NCBI GenBank assembly: GCA_001029795.1
Contig: CP011216.1
Span: 279,128-343,127 of the forward strand
DNA from: a candidate division Kazan bacterium GW2011_GWA1_50_15
GTDB lineage: Bacteria; Patescibacteriota; Kazan-3B-28
Reading direction: 5' to 3'
DNA length: 64,000 nucleotides
Each line of letters begins with the position of its first letter. Position 1 is the first letter of the stretch. The notes below the pieces were generated by a model. It was not told where the DNA came from. It saw only the letters and a list, made by a program, of their open reading frames with translations, and did not search any database. A program made the position numbers and the translations under genes. Positions 29,081 to 40,244 of the stretch are shown piece after piece.

Positions 29081-32000
29081 TTAATCAGCTTTGTCAATCA
29101 GATGAGCGGGGTGATGGCGGAAGCCAGTCCCAGCTGGGATCAGCCGGCCAACGATAACGTTCTCTTTCAAACCCTTCAGATAGTCTACCTTACCGAGCAC
29201 GGCCGCGTTGACCAACACCCGGGTCGTCTCTTGGAATGAAGCCGCCGAAAGGAAACTTTCAGTATTAAGGGCTGCCTTGGACACACCCAAAAGAAGATGG
29301 TCGGCTAGAGGCGGTTGCTTGCCTTTAGCCACCAATGTGGCCGCGAATCGTTCGAACTTCAACCGGTCGATGATCTCACCCAGCATAAACTCACTGTCCC
29401 CTTCGCGCTCGATCCTGACCTTAGAAAACATTTGGCGGACTACCGCCTCGACATGTTTATCGTTAATGTTCTGGCCTTGAAGCGAATATATTTTCTGGAT
29501 CTCATCGATCACATAACGTTGGGTCGCCTCCAGACCTTTCAGCTTCATTAGATCGCGCAGATTCAGCTGACCTTCAGTGATCTGCTGGCCCCGAGTGACC
29601 TTGTCTCCGTCCTGAATTCGCAGGAATGTCCGATGACCAAGCGGGTACTCGTAGGCTTCTTTTTTGCGATACGCTATTCCAAGGGTTAGGTGATCCAGTG
29701 TAACTGTTCCGCTAGCCGGGGCCTTGACCTCTTCCTGGTCGGATGTATAGAGCGGGTCGCCTTTTTTGATCTTGTCGCCGGCTTTTACTAGCGGTTTGTC
29801 GTCGGCTGACAATGTAATCTCCCAGCGAGCTTCTTCTTCGGTCTGCAGACGGAGGAACTTTTTGTTCCCTACTTCCATGATATTGGCCAATCCGTCCGCT
29901 GGCGCCATAATCGCTTCCGCTTTGGGAATGCGGGCCTCGAACAGCTCTTCTACCCGCGGGAGACCTTGGGTGATATCAGCCGCTGAAGCCACCCCGCCAG
30001 TGTGGAAGGTTTTCATAGTTAACTGAGTGCCTGGCTCACCAATACTTTGGGCCGCGACAATCCCTACCGCTTCACCCATCTCAACTAACCGTCCCGTGGC
30101 TAGATCTTTGCCATAGCAGTGCTGGCAGACTCCCCATTCTGATTCACAGGTGATCATTGATCTTACTTTCACAGTGGGCACGTTAGTCTCGGCGATGGCT
30201 CGCCCTAAATCTTCAGTAATGTAGTCGTTAGCCGAAGCGACAAGCTTGCCCTTAGCGTCTTTGACGTCCTCAGCCAGGAACCGGCCATCGATCCGTTTGG
30301 CGAACGGGTCGCCCAACATATCGTCAGTGTTGGCGTAGATGGTTACTCCTCGAGTCGTATGACAGTCTTCTTTGGCTACCACGATGTCTTGACACACATC
30401 AACTAACCGCCGAGTTAGATAACCAGCGTCCGAGGTGCGTAGAGCTGTGTCGGACAGACCCTTTCTGGCACCGTGAGTGGAGAGGAAGTATTCGAGAGAG
30501 TTCAACCCCTCTTTGTAGTTAGATTTAACCGGCAGCTCAATAATCTGACCGGCTGGGTTGACTTTCACTCCAACGATCCCAACCGTCTGGTTGAGTTGTT
30601 CTAGGCTACCACGGGCACCAGAGGAAACCATCATGGTAATGGGGCTGAGCGGCCGCGAGGCGGTTTGAACCTTCAAGAGCATTTCGATCTCATGTTTAGT
30701 CTTGCCCCACAAATTAGTAACTAACCGCCGCCGTTCATCGGCAGTGATCAGACCCTCTTTGAACTGGCTCTTAATATTTTCAACTTTAGCATCCGTATTA
30801 CTGATCAAGCTCCCCTTCTCGGTCGGGACATCCAGGTCGCCAACACTAAAGGTAGCACCAGACAATGTAGCGTAGCGGAAACCGAGATCCTTGATACTGT
30901 TTACGAGCCTGACCGACGCTTCGTCGCCCAAAAGCTTGTAGCAGTCGTTAATCACTCGCTTAAGGGCTTTTTTATCGATCACCTCATTGACATAGCCCAG
31001 GACTTCGGGGATAGGTTCGTTGAAGATCAACCGGCCCAATGTGGTGTCTACCATCTTACCTAACAGCGGGACCTTGAGCGCCGTGTGCAGCCCAATGGCG
31101 CCAGCTTCGTAAGCTAGTTTAGCCTCGTCGATATCCCGGCAGATATATGATTTGGCGTTCCCAGCCGTTGGCGCAATAGTCAGATAATACACTCCCAAGA
31201 CGATGTCTTGGTCTGGCAACACGATGGGGTCGCCAGTGGCTGGCTTGAGAAGATTCTTAGTCGAGAGCATGATCTCCCGAGCCTCGAGCTGGGCTTGGGC
31301 AGAGAGAGGTAGATGGATAGCCATCTGATCTCCGTCGAAGTCGGCGTTGAAGGCGGTACAGGTCAATGGGTGCAGCTGAATAGCGTTACCTTCAACTAAA
31401 ATTGGCTGGAAGGCCTGGATACCAAGCCGGTGCAAAGTTGGCGCCCGGTTTAAGAGAACGTGATGCTTGCTAACCACTTCTTCGAGCGCGTCCCAGACCT
31501 CGTCGATCTCTTTTTCCACCATTTTGCCGGCGGTTTTGACGTTGTGAACCAAACCGTCACGCAGCAAGACCGAGATCACAAACGGCTTGAACAGCTCGAG
31601 GGCTATCGATTTAGGTACGCCGCATTCGTCTAACCTTAAGTTAGGACCGACCACGATGACCGATCGGCCGGAGTAGTCCACCCGTTTACCCAATAGATTT
31701 TGGCGGAAACGACCTTGTTTCCCCTTGAGTAAGTCACTCAGGGATTTCAGTTTGCGCTTAGCTGTAGCCGTAGTGGAGGTCTCCCGGGCTGTAATATCAA
31801 ACAATGAATCGACTGCCTCCTGCAGCATGCGCTTTTCGTTTCTAGTGATCACTTCCGGCGCGTCGATCTCGATCAGTTTCTTTAATCGGTTGTTGCGATT
31901 GATCACCCGACGGTAGAGATCGTTGAGATCCGAAGTGGCAAATCGGCCGCCGTCCAGCTGCACCATTGGCCGCAGGTCAGGCGGGATAACTGGCAGAGTG

Positions 32001-32872
32001 GTGATCAGCATCCAAGATGGGTGCAGACCAGCCTTAATAAATCCTTCCAAAAGCTTAAATCGTTTTTGTAGACGCTTATATTTCTGACCAGCCGCGGCCT
32101 TGAGCTGGGCTTTGATCTGCTTTACCTCATCCTCTAGATCCATATCTTTGATCATCTGGTAGACCGCCTCCGCGCCGATACTAGCCCTGAACACCTGACC
32201 GTACTTCAATGACAGATTACGGTACTCGTGTTCGGAAACGATCTTCTTGAGATGGAGTTCTTTAACCTCAGCTACCGCGGTTTGATAGGCGACCTTCAGC
32301 TTGGCCAACCGTTCCTCTAACTCGGCCTCGCCGGATCCGGTCTGTTTAATATCGTTCTTGATGTTCTTAACGTGCGACTTGTACTCCTGCTCCAACTGTT
32401 CTTGCGCATTCTTGCGCGCGTCTTCATCGATATGAGTAATGATGTAAGCCGCAAAATAAATGACCTGCTCCAAGCGTTTGGCTGGGACGTTTAGGGCCAA
32501 CCCTAGTCTGGAGGGCGTACCTTTCAGATACCAAATATGGCTGACCGGCGTCGCGAGCTGAATATGGCCCATGCGTTCACGCCGCACCACAGCGCGAGTA
32601 ACTTCAACTCCGCACTTGTCACAGACGATGCCCTTATAGCGGATCTTTTTGTACTTGCCACAGTAGCATTCCCAATCTTTAGTCGGTCCGAAGATGCGTT
32701 CGTCGAATAGACCATCTTTTTCCGGCCGCAGGGTCCGATAGTTGATAGTCTCCGGTTTGGTGATCTCGCCATGAGACCAAGCCAACATCTGTTCAGGCGA
32801 GGCGACTCCAATTCTGACCGCTAAAAAGTCAGCTTGGTCGGCGTGGGAATGGGTTGATTCGGTAGTACGCAT
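29081..32872 (-). CDS. rpoC: DNA-directed RNA polymerase subunit beta'
   Basis: 1263 aa; Zn-binding CxxC motifs near the N-terminus and the catalytic NADFDGDQM. Confidence 0.95.
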   Translation of the reverse strand: MRTTESTHSHADQADFLAVRIGVASPEQMLAWSHGEITKPETINYRTLRPEKDGLFDERIFGPTKDWECYCGKYKKIRYKGIVCDKCGVEVTRAVVRRERMGHIQLATPVSHIWYLKGTPSRLGLALNVPAKRLEQVIYFAAYIITHIDEDARKNAQEQLEQEYKSHVKNIKNDIKQTGSGEAELEERLAKLKVAYQTAVAEVKELHLKKIVSEHEYRNLSLKYGQVFRASIGAEAVYQMIKDMDLEDEVKQIKAQLKAAAGQKYKRLQKRFKLLEGFIKAGLHPSWMLITTLPVIPPDLRPMVQLDGGRFATSDLNDLYRRVINRNNRLKKLIEIDAPEVITRNEKRMLQEAVDSLFDITARETSTTATAKRKLKSLSDLLKGKQGRFRQNLLGKRVDYSGRSVIVVGPNLRLDECGVPKSIALELFKPFVISVLLRDGLVHNVKTAGKMVEKEIDEVWDALEEVVSKHHVLLNRAPTLHRLGIQAFQPILVEGNAIQLHPLTCTAFNADFDGDQMAIHLPLSAQAQLEAREIMLSTKNLLKPATGDPIVLPDQDIVLGVYYLTIAPTAGNAKSYICRDIDEAKLAYEAGAIGLHTALKVPLLGKMVDTTLGRLIFNEPIPEVLGYVNEVIDKKALKRVINDCYKLLGDEASVRLVNSIKDLGFRYATLSGATFSVGDLDVPTEKGSLISNTDAKVENIKSQFKEGLITADERRRLVTNLWGKTKHEIEMLLKVQTASRPLSPITMMVSSGARGSLEQLNQTVGIVGVKVNPAGQIIELPVKSNYKEGLNSLEYFLSTHGARKGLSDTALRTSDAGYLTRRLVDVCQDIVVAKEDCHTTRGVTIYANTDDMLGDPFAKRIDGRFLAEDVKDAKGKLVASANDYITEDLGRAIAETNVPTVKVRSMITCESEWGVCQHCYGKDLATGRLVEMGEAVGIVAAQSIGEPGTQLTMKTFHTGGVASAADITQGLPRVEELFEARIPKAEAIMAPADGLANIMEVGNKKFLRLQTEEEARWEITLSADDKPLVKAGDKIKKGDPLYTSDQEEVKAPASGTVTLDHLTLGIAYRKKEAYEYPLGHRTFLRIQDGDKVTRGQQITEGQLNLRDLMKLKGLEATQRYVIDEIQKIYSLQGQNINDKHVEAVVRQMFSKVRIEREGDSEFMLGEIIDRLKFERFAATLVAKGKQPPLADHLLLGVSKAALNTESFLSAASFQETTRVLVNAAVLGKVDYLKGLKENVIVGRLIPAGTGFRHHPAHLIDKAD

Positions 32873-32879
32873 AGAAATC

Positions 32880-35800
32880 TTATTTATGCTTCGCTCTGGG
32901 CGTGATTTTATTAGCGCTGATCCCGACCTCCCCGATCGGCCGGCTCAGCTCTTCGGCCGAGTTAAGCACCTGAACGTTAAGGCCAAGACCTTGCAGCTCT
33001 TTGACGATAACGTTGAAGGCTTCGGGAGTTTGGGGTTTCTGGATCTCTTCACCCTTAATGATCGCTTCGTAGGTTCGCGACCGGCCCTGAACATCGTCAG
33101 ATTTAATAGTCAACATCTCTTCTAGAGTATGAGCCGCCCCGTATCCCTCCAACGCCCAGACCTCCATCTCTCCAAATCGCTGGCCCCCGAGTTGAGCCTT
33201 ACCCCCTAGCGGCTGCTGGGTGACGAGAGCGTAGGGTCCAATGGAACGAGCGTGGATCTTGTCGTCGACCATATGAATTAATTTCATCATATAGGTGACC
33301 CCGACTGTGGTTTCCTGGCCGAAGGATTGGCCGGACCGGCCATCGTAAAGCTGGGTCTTACCACTCTGGGGCAGGTTGGCCGCAGCCAACTCTTCTGTGA
33401 TCCCTTCCATATCAGTTCCTTCGAAGACTGGGTTAATCGCATTAAACTTTAAACTTCCAGCTGCCCAACCCAAATGGGTTTCTAGGATCTGACCTAGGTT
33501 CATCCGAGCGATCACTCCCAACGGGTTTAAGATGATATCCATCGGCGTGCCGTCTTCCATGAACGGCATGTCGGCCTGCGGCACTACCTGGGCGATAACA
33601 CCCTTGTTCCCGTGACGGCCAGCCAGTTTGTCACCGACCGAGATCTTGCGCATTTGGGCAATAAAGACGTATATCTTCTTCAACACCCCTACTTCTAATT
33701 TATCGCCCTTACTAGAATCAAATATTTTAACGCCAATCACTTTGCCGTAGCCGCCGTGCGGCATCCTGAGCGAGGTGTCTTTGACGTCTTTGACCTTTTC
33801 ACCAAAGATGGCGCGCAGCAGTCTCTCCTCGGCAGTGAGTTCAGTTTCACCCTTGGGCGTGATCTTGCCGACCAATATATCCCCGCCCTTAACTTTGGCA
33901 CCGATCCGAATGATCCCGTCTTCATCAAGGTCGGCCACAGCATCCTCACCAACGTTGGGAATATCTCGGGTAGTAATCTCTGGACCTAGTTTGGAGTCGC
34001 GGACGTCGACCTCCTCTCGTTTAATATGGATAGAGGTAAAGACGTCGTCTTTCACCAACCGATCCGAGATAACGATAGCATCCTGATAGTTGGCACCGCC
34101 CCACGGCATAAAAGCCACCAGAACGTTGCGGCCTAGGGCCAAGTGCCCGTCTTTGATGGCCGGCCCGTCGCAGAGCGGCTGGCCTTTTTTCACTTTTTGC
34201 CCCACCGACACGATCGGGTTCTGATTGAGGTTAGTCTCATGGTTGGAACGAACGAACTTCGTTAACAAGAACGTAATAGTATTCCGTTTCCCTTCCGGCT
34301 GGAACTCGATCCTGGCGCTGTCAACGTATTTGATCGTCCCCGCTTCCGGTGCGGTGATGACCCAGCCAGAACCTAGCGCGGCGTCATACTCCATCCCAGT
34401 ACCAACTATCGGCACCTGGGGTTTAACTAACGGCACAGCCTGGCGCTGCATATTCGAACCCATTAACGCCCGTTTGGCGTCGTCGTGCTCCACGAACGGA
34501 ATCAGGGCGGTCGTAACGCTCACGATCTGTTTGGGCGAGACGTCGGCATAGCTAACCCGACCGATCGAAACAGTGCTAGGCTCGCCTGACTGCCTGGCGG
34601 GAACTTGGGCGGACAGAACTTGGCCATGCGTATCAATTGGGATGTTGGCCTGCGCGATAGTTAGCTCCTCTTCGACATGCGCGTCTAGATATTCAACTTG
34701 ATTAGTAATAAAGGTTCTGACCGATAACTCCTCGATGTCTTTAAGGCGAACCAACCGGTCAGCCAGCGCCTCGTCGATGATCGTACCGGCCGGCGCGATA
34801 ATGTTGCGGCTTTTAGGGTCCACTATATCCTTATACAGGGTCCGGCCGACGCCGGCCTTCCCATCGTTAGGAACAACTGAAACGATCTTGCGGTAAGGGG
34901 TTTCAATAAAACCGTAGTCGTTAATGTTGGCGTAGGTAGCCAGATGACCGACCAGACCGATGTTTTGGCCCTCGGGGGTCTGGATGGGACAGATCCGACC
35001 ATAGTGGCTGGTGTGCACATCGCGAACATCAAATCCGGCCCGTTCGCGCGACAGACCGCCTGGCCCCATGGCGCTTAACCGCCGCTTATGTTCTAGTTCG
35101 GCCAAGGGATTGGTTTGATCCATGAACTGACTCAACTGCGACGAACCAAAAAACTCCTGCATGATCGCTGAAACGGGACGAGCGTTGATGAGTTGCGCCG
35201 GGGTGATGGTATTAATATCAGAGACACTCATTCGGTCTTTGACTATTCGCTCAACCCTCAAAAGACCTGTGCGGAATTTCATCTGCATCAGTTCGCCCAC
35301 CGCGCGCACGCGGCGATTTTTCAAATGGTCAACATCATCCGCTGCCCCGCCGCCGTTATCTAACCGGATGATCTCCCGGATGATCGAGATTAAGTCTTCT
35401 CGGGTCAATACACGATGTGATCTGTCATTCTTAGTCGCCAATTTCAACCGTTTGTTCAACTTGTACCGCCCCACCGCCCCCAAGTCATAACGACGAAAAT
35501 TCTGGAAGGTATTCACGAACAGCGTCCGGGCATTATCGACAGTAGCTAGATCTCCTGGCCGGATCTTTTTGTAGACCTCCAACAGAGCCTGGTCAGCCGA
35601 CTTGGCGGGATCCTTCTCGATAGTAGTTTTAATAAAGCTCATCTTGGGATCGTTATCTATGTCCGCGAACGCCTCGATGAGCTCTGAATCGCTACCCATG
35701 CCAAAAGCCCTGAGTAGAGTAGTAACAAAGGTCTTGCGCTTTCTGTCGATCTTGACCGATATCACACCCTTGCTGTTGGTCTCAATCTCAAGCCAAGCTC

Positions 35801-36317
35801 CCCGCTCGGGGATGATCTTCACACCGTACTGACCATGGCGCAACCCTTCTTCGCGAGTAAATAGCACACCGGACGAACGGACTAGCTGAGAGACGATGAC
35901 CCGTTCCACCCCATTGATCACGAATGTGCCCGAACCGGTCATCACTGGGATGTCACCCAAGAACACTTCTTGTTCTTTGATCTCTCCGGTATTCTTGTTC
36001 ACCAGCCGCAGTTTGACTCTAAGACTAGCTTCGAACGTAGTGTATTGATCGCGCGCCTGCTCTTCGGTGTATTTAGGTTCCTCTAAATAGTAATCGACAA
36101 AGTGTAGCTCTAAGTTCTTTCCGGTCAGGTCCTCGATCGGGCTGATCTCGTCAAAAAGATCCCTGAGACCTTCGCGCAGGAAGTGATCATAGGAACGACG
36201 TTGAAGACTGTTGAGTTCAGGAAGAGGATGAACTTTTTTGGGATCCGCATACCATTTATCTTGGTATCGTTCATTCTCAGTAATTAAAATGTGGGGCTCG
36301 AGGGCTTTTTTTGACAT
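32880..36317 (-). CDS. rpoB: DNA-directed RNA polymerase subunit beta
   Basis: 1145 aa; conserved beta-subunit blocks (GEMEVWALEGYGAAHTL etc.). Confidence 0.95.
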   Translation of the reverse strand: MSKKALEPHILITENERYQDKWYADPKKVHPLPELNSLQRRSYDHFLREGLRDLFDEISPIEDLTGKNLELHFVDYYLEEPKYTEEQARDQYTTFEASLRVKLRLVNKNTGEIKEQEVFLGDIPVMTGSGTFVINGVERVIVSQLVRSSGVLFTREEGLRHGQYGVKIIPERGAWLEIETNSKGVISVKIDRKRKTFVTTLLRAFGMGSDSELIEAFADIDNDPKMSFIKTTIEKDPAKSADQALLEVYKKIRPGDLATVDNARTLFVNTFQNFRRYDLGAVGRYKLNKRLKLATKNDRSHRVLTREDLISIIREIIRLDNGGGAADDVDHLKNRRVRAVGELMQMKFRTGLLRVERIVKDRMSVSDINTITPAQLINARPVSAIMQEFFGSSQLSQFMDQTNPLAELEHKRRLSAMGPGGLSRERAGFDVRDVHTSHYGRICPIQTPEGQNIGLVGHLATYANINDYGFIETPYRKIVSVVPNDGKAGVGRTLYKDIVDPKSRNIIAPAGTIIDEALADRLVRLKDIEELSVRTFITNQVEYLDAHVEEELTIAQANIPIDTHGQVLSAQVPARQSGEPSTVSIGRVSYADVSPKQIVSVTTALIPFVEHDDAKRALMGSNMQRQAVPLVKPQVPIVGTGMEYDAALGSGWVITAPEAGTIKYVDSARIEFQPEGKRNTITFLLTKFVRSNHETNLNQNPIVSVGQKVKKGQPLCDGPAIKDGHLALGRNVLVAFMPWGGANYQDAIVISDRLVKDDVFTSIHIKREEVDVRDSKLGPEITTRDIPNVGEDAVADLDEDGIIRIGAKVKGGDILVGKITPKGETELTAEERLLRAIFGEKVKDVKDTSLRMPHGGYGKVIGVKIFDSSKGDKLEVGVLKKIYVFIAQMRKISVGDKLAGRHGNKGVIAQVVPQADMPFMEDGTPMDIILNPLGVIARMNLGQILETHLGWAAGSLKFNAINPVFEGTDMEGITEELAAANLPQSGKTQLYDGRSGQSFGQETTVGVTYMMKLIHMVDDKIHARSIGPYALVTQQPLGGKAQLGGQRFGEMEVWALEGYGAAHTLEEMLTIKSDDVQGRSRTYEAIIKGEEIQKPQTPEAFNVIVKELQGLGLNVQVLNSAEELSRPIGEVGISANKITPRAKHK

Positions 36318-36443
36318 AAAAATCTCTCTTTTTGAAAAGCTACCTTATCAAAAAGTCGGGCTGAGACCTGCTTTTAACGCGGGGTCATAATGAGACAGTA
36401 GCGAAAATTAACGAAACCGTCAAGGCTAACAAAAACTCTCTCC

Positions 36444-36472
36444 ATTATAGGTAGACAAAAAGTGGTCTGCAA
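36444..36472 (-). promoter_or_regulatory. sigma70-type promoter TTGCAG-17-TATAAT upstream of rpoB
   Basis: Revcomp of 36467-36472 is TTGCAG and of 36444-36449 is TATAAT, spacer 17. This gives a ~120-nt leader to the rpoB ATG at 36317. Confidence 0.55.
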
Positions 36473-36480
36473 GCCTTTTT

Positions 36481-37302
36481 TTATTGAATAATTTGAAAAG
36501 TCTGGGTCCGGGCGGTGACTCCCCCTGCCCTCACCGTCACCTCGAATGTGCCGACTGGCCAGAGTTTGTCGCTCCAGAAGCGACCAAATCGTTCACGGGG
36601 CAGAGTGAACATCAGGGGGTCGGTCCCGGTTGGCACAGTGGTAAATGTAGTGATAATCTGGTCGCTTTTAACGTATCGAACGCTAGTCTGGATCGTCACA
36701 CCAGATAGGGTAGTGTCCAGCCCAACTTGGATGTAGATCGTATTAGTGGACCGGCCAAAACTTAAGCGAGACTCCCCTAACCGCCCCTGGTCGGCACTAT
36801 CTGAAAAAGTAATGCTTTTGACGGTATGTTGGGCCCGCAGCTGCTCAGCTTCAGCGTCGCTTACCACCTGGAAGAATACTGTTTTGGCAAGTTTACCGTT
36901 TAACCAGACTTCTGCTCGGTACTCGCCCATATCCCAGCTGACACCGGGCCGTTCTAGCCTGGAGGCTAGCGAACTAAGACTTTTGCTGCTATCAAAGTCA
37001 AATCGGTTACTGTCGCCATGACGGCCGTCAAAATCCTCGCTAGCTAACAGCTGATTAGGCAGCTTAAACCACCGCACCCTGATCTGAGTGGATGACATTG
37101 GGTTAGATACCGCGGCCGCTAAGTATATGACTGGTACGCTAGTCGGTACCTCAACGAGCCGACTAACTGGTTCGTTGGTCAAACTCACCTCGCCGGCGAT
37201 CATGGCCGAGTCGACCTGAGGGCTCAGTTCACTAGAACAAGCCACTGCCGACAGCGCCACGAATACTATTCCCCCAAATAGTCCCAGGCGGTTGTGGCTC
37301 AT
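36481..37302 (-). CDS. Lipoprotein, unknown function (lipobox VAC)
   Basis: 273 aa; signal peptide FVALSAVAC|S; Ser/Thr-rich beta-type sequence. Confidence 0.6.
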   Translation of the reverse strand: MSHNRLGLFGGIVFVALSAVACSSELSPQVDSAMIAGEVSLTNEPVSRLVEVPTSVPVIYLAAAVSNPMSSTQIRVRWFKLPNQLLASEDFDGRHGDSNRFDFDSSKSLSSLASRLERPGVSWDMGEYRAEVWLNGKLAKTVFFQVVSDAEAEQLRAQHTVKSITFSDSADQGRLGESRLSFGRSTNTIYIQVGLDTTLSGVTIQTSVRYVKSDQIITTFTTVPTGTDPLMFTLPRERFGRFWSDKLWPVGTFEVTVRAGGVTARTQTFQIIQ

Positions 37303-38183
37303 AGGTTCATCGACCGCAAAATTTTAATTCGTTCTTCGATCGGCGGGTGGGTGGAGTAAAGCGTACCTAAACTGCGATTAAGCTGCGGGAATGGATTGGC
37401 GATAAAAAGATGGGCGGTGGCTCGATTAGCCGATCGCATCCCGGATGCGTAAGTGGCGATCTTTTCGAGCGCGCGCGCTAATCCTTCGGGATAACGGGTT
37501 AACATCGCCCCCGAGGCATCGGCCAAAAATTCTCGTTTGCGCGAAACTGCCAAGGCTAGCAGACGTGCGAACAATGGGGCGAGCAGGGCTAACACGATCC
37601 CAATTACAACTAAGATACCGCTGCTGTCTCGATCGTTACCATTGCGATACCATCGGGCCCGCACGAACCAATCGGTTAATAAAGTAATGATCCCGACCAG
37701 AGTGACGGCGATGGTTGAGAGTAAGATATCCCAGTTACGTACATGGGACAGTTCGTGGGCCAACACCCCTTCTAGCTCAACCTTGTCCAATTTTTCAATG
37801 AGACCCGTGGTTAGGGCGATGCTGGCATGTCGAGGATCGCGGCCGGTCGCAAAAGCGTTAAGCGCTTGGTCATCGATAATGTATATCTTCGGCATCGGAA
37901 CACCAGCGGTGATACTGAGATTCTCAACTAGATGTGAAATCTTCTTCTCCTGCAAAGATCCATCCGTCCGCAGGGGCCTAGCTCGTGACGCAGCCAGCGC
38001 TAATTTGTCGCTGTTAAAGTAGCTGACCCAACTCATCACCACGCTAAATCCTACCGCCCAGATAAGAATGGTGCTGCTTTGGTAGACCAGCGAAAACACA
38101 TACCCAAGGCCAATGACCAGCACCAAGAATATGAAGATCAAAAAGGCGGTCCGACGCTGGTTGGCGATAATCTCCCGATACAT
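37299..38183 (-). CDS. htpX: M48 family Zn metalloprotease HtpX-like
   Basis: 294 aa; N-terminal TM helices and HELSH (HExxH) with a downstream E ligand. Confidence 0.85.
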   Translation of the reverse strand: MYREIIANQRRTAFLIFIFLVLVIGLGYVFSLVYQSSTILIWAVGFSVVMSWVSYFNSDKLALAASRARPLRTDGSLQEKKISHLVENLSITAGVPMPKIYIIDDQALNAFATGRDPRHASIALTTGLIEKLDKVELEGVLAHELSHVRNWDILLSTIAVTLVGIITLLTDWFVRARWYRNGNDRDSSGILVVIGIVLALLAPLFARLLALAVSRKREFLADASGAMLTRYPEGLARALEKIATYASGMRSANRATAHLFIANPFPQLNRSLGTLYSTHPPIEERIKILRSMNL

Positions 38184-38191
38184 AAATCTAA

Positions 38192-38752
38192 CTAAAACTT
38201 CACCTCCGGGACCGACCTCTCAGCGATATCTTCTAACTCGAACAGATCACGGTGCTTGAAGTTGAACATGTTAGAGAAGATGTTGACCGGAAATATCTCT
38301 CGGCGAGTATTGTAGTCCCGCACGTTGGTGTTGTAGAATCGCCGAGCCGACATAACTTTGTTCTCGGTGTCGGCCAATTCTTCCTGCAGGTCACGGAAGT
38401 TTTCGCTAGCTTTGAGCTCGGGATAGTTCTCCGCTACCGCGAAGACGCTTCTCAAGGCGTGAGTCAGTACATTCTCGGCCGCGGCTTTACCTTTGAGATC
38501 GCCGCGTTCACCCGCGCTAACCGCCTGGGCGCGGGCGACAGTAACTTTCTCAAACAATTCTCGTTCGTGGCTAGCATATCCCTCTACCGCCTTGATTAGA
38601 TTTGGGATCAAATCGTGCCGACGTTTGAGCTGGACATCAATATCGCTGGCAGATTCGTCCACTCGGTTCTTCAGAACCACTAAACCGTTGAACATGCTGA
38701 TCATCCAAACGGCCACGGCGATAATAATTAAAATAATCCAAGTCCACACCAT
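38192..38752 (-). CDS. lemA: LemA family protein
   Basis: 186 aa; N-terminal TM then the LemA core (VDVQLKRRHDLIPNL...RRFYNT). Confidence 0.85.
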   Translation of the reverse strand: MVWTWIILIIIAVAVWMISMFNGLVVLKNRVDESASDIDVQLKRRHDLIPNLIKAVEGYASHERELFEKVTVARAQAVSAGERGDLKGKAAAENVLTHALRSVFAVAENYPELKASENFRDLQEELADTENKVMSARRFYNTNVRDYNTRREIFPVNIFSNMFNFKHRDLFELEDIAERSVPEVKF

Positions 38753-38803
38753 ATTTGCTCCTCTTCAATTTAAGGGTTAAATCCTACCCAGTATACGCTC
38801 CTT

Positions 38804-39379
38804 TTAGGTCCTCGGGAAGGCGAAGGATAGATAAGTAACCTTGGTCAGCTCCGTCCAGGTGAGATGACGAGCCCACGCGTTAGTCCACCAACCATTCTTG
38901 CGCCAGGCTGAATCGGTGGACGAATGATTAACAATTGGAAAGCCCGACCCCAGAAAGTGGCGGAAAGCAACTAAGGCCCGACGCTGATGATACGGCGAGG
39001 TGACCAGGATAATCGAACCGATGCCATGGTCACCGATAAGCGCCCGGACATTTTGGGCGTTACTGATAGTGTCGCGCGCTTCTTCGTCCAAAATTATCTT
39101 GTCGGCTGGGACTCCGGCGGTAATTGCCAATTTACGCATGGCCGCCGCATTGGACGGTCCTTCGTCGCGAGCCGCCCCTGACATAATTAAAAGCGGGGCC
39201 CAGCCAGCCCAATAGAGCTCTACCCCTTCATTCACTCGCTCAGCTGTCTCCCCTCCGCTGATCACCACGATAGCGTCACTAGACCGAAGCTTGTCTTGCG
39301 GCGACAAGTAGAAACCGGCACCGAGCATTAATCCGATGCCGACCAGTATCACCCACCCGATCCTTACAAGATACTTCAC
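38804..39379 (-). CDS. DUF218 (YdcF/ElyC/SanA-like) domain protein
   Basis: 191 aa; AIVVISGGE...LIMSGAA...ILVTSPYHQRRA. Confidence 0.75.
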   Translation of the reverse strand: MKYLVRIGWVILVGIGLMLGAGFYLSPQDKLRSSDAIVVISGGETAERVNEGVELYWAGWAPLLIMSGAARDEGPSNAAAMRKLAITAGVPADKIILDEEARDTISNAQNVRALIGDHGIGSIILVTSPYHQRRALVAFRHFLGSGFPIVNHSSTDSAWRKNGWWTNAWARHLTWTELTKVTYLSFAFPRT

Positions 39380-39783
39380 GGCAGTTGCAGTTCCTGGCCA
39401 ACCGATAGACTATAAGGCGCCTCAAGATGGTTGAGAACGGCCAGATCCTTCCAATCCAACTCTAGAGCGGCAGCAATCCCTGCTAGCGTGTCGCCCTCCC
39501 GGACAGTGTAAGTCCCCGTACTTTGCAGTTTGAGAGTGGACTGATTACCGGCCGAGTCCGTAGCTGTATCGTCTGGATTGGTTGTTACATCGAACTGGTA
39601 TGTACCAGGATTAATCACCCCGATCGGCTTAATGAACATCGTGGCGATCAACCCGCGAAAAGCAAATATTAAAAAGATGGCGCTAAAAAACAACGCGTAC
39701 AGCACGATGATTGAAAATGGGTCCTCCCGAAACCGCTGTTTCAGACGATACCCGTACCGCCGAGTTCTATGCGACATCTCCAT
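39376..39783 (-). CDS. Membrane-anchored LysM domain protein
   Basis: 135 aa; N-terminal TM and a C-terminal LysM (YTVREGDTLAGIAAALELDWKDLAVLNHL...VGQELQLP). Confidence 0.75.
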   Translation of the reverse strand: MEMSHRTRRYGYRLKQRFREDPFSIIVLYALFFSAIFLIFAFRGLIATMFIKPIGVINPGTYQFDVTTNPDDTATDSAGNQSTLKLQSTGTYTVREGDTLAGIAAALELDWKDLAVLNHLEAPYSLSVGQELQLP

Positions 39784-39804
39784 AGGTATATTTTACTATC
39801 TTCT

Positions 39805-39892
39805 GGTGGGCAGGGTGGGATTCGAACCCACAAGCCGTATTACCGGCAAAGGATTTTAAGTCCTTCGTGTATACCGTTCCACCACCTGCCCT
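39805..39892 (-). tRNA. tRNA-Leu (anticodon TAA), class II
   Basis: Manual fold: acceptor GGGCAGG/CCUGCCC, 3-bp D stem, anticodon loop CUUAAAA, long variable arm, T-loop UUCGAAU, CCA encoded. Confidence 0.85.
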
Positions 39893-40050
39893 GATGGGCG
39901 AGAGAGGAAGTGTATCCCCACTGGTGTGGGGCCCCGCCATTCGCCGCTTTACGGTAAACCCAACATATTAATTATACCCTGCTCCGCAGGGAGCGACCCC
40001 ATGCGCGCACCTTAGCTTGCGCCAGCTTCTCCCCAACCATCACCGGCCAT

Positions 40051-40075
40051 AAGAAAAAATCGGACAGGCCCGATT
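40051..40075 (-). terminator. Rho-independent terminator after tRNA-Leu(CAG)
   Basis: The minus-strand RNA reads aaucgg-gccugu-ccgauu followed by uuuuucuu. Confidence 0.55.
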
Positions 40076-40084
40076 CTTTCCTTT

Positions 40085-40170
40085 TGGTGGGCGAGAGAGG
40101 AATCGAACCTCCATGAGATTGCTCTCACTACGACCTGAACGTAGCGCGTCTACCGTTCCGCCACTCGCCC
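40085..40170 (-). tRNA. tRNA-Leu (anticodon CAG), class II
   Basis: Acceptor GGGCGAG/CUCGCCC, anticodon loop UUCAGGU, long variable arm, T-loop UUCGAUU, CCA encoded. Confidence 0.85.
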
Positions 40171-40244
40171 TGGAGGCCCGAGGCGGAATCAAACCGCCGT
40201 ACGGGGTTTTGCAGACCCCTGCCTAATCACTCGGCCATCGGGCC
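40171..40244 (-). tRNA. tRNA-Cys (anticodon GCA), U73 discriminator; directly abuts tRNA-Leu(CAG)
   Basis: Acceptor GGCCCGA/UCGGGCC, anticodon loop CUGCAAA, unusual T-loop UUUGAUU, CCA encoded. Confidence 0.7.

Noticed and set aside
29208-36317. Numerous 60-130-aa ORFs antisense to or nested in rpoB, rpoC, fusA, tuf and the ribosomal protein genes
   Set aside because: They are expected by-products of long GC-rich genes. None has an SD, a conserved domain or a free-standing position.
39896-39910. 15-nt duplicate of the tRNA-Leu(CAG) 3' end as evidence of an integrated mobile element
   Set aside because: The two copies are only ~190 nt apart and nothing mobile (integrase, cargo) lies between them. 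It more likely reflects local tRNA-gene rearrangement and is noted under the tRNA-remnant finding instead.
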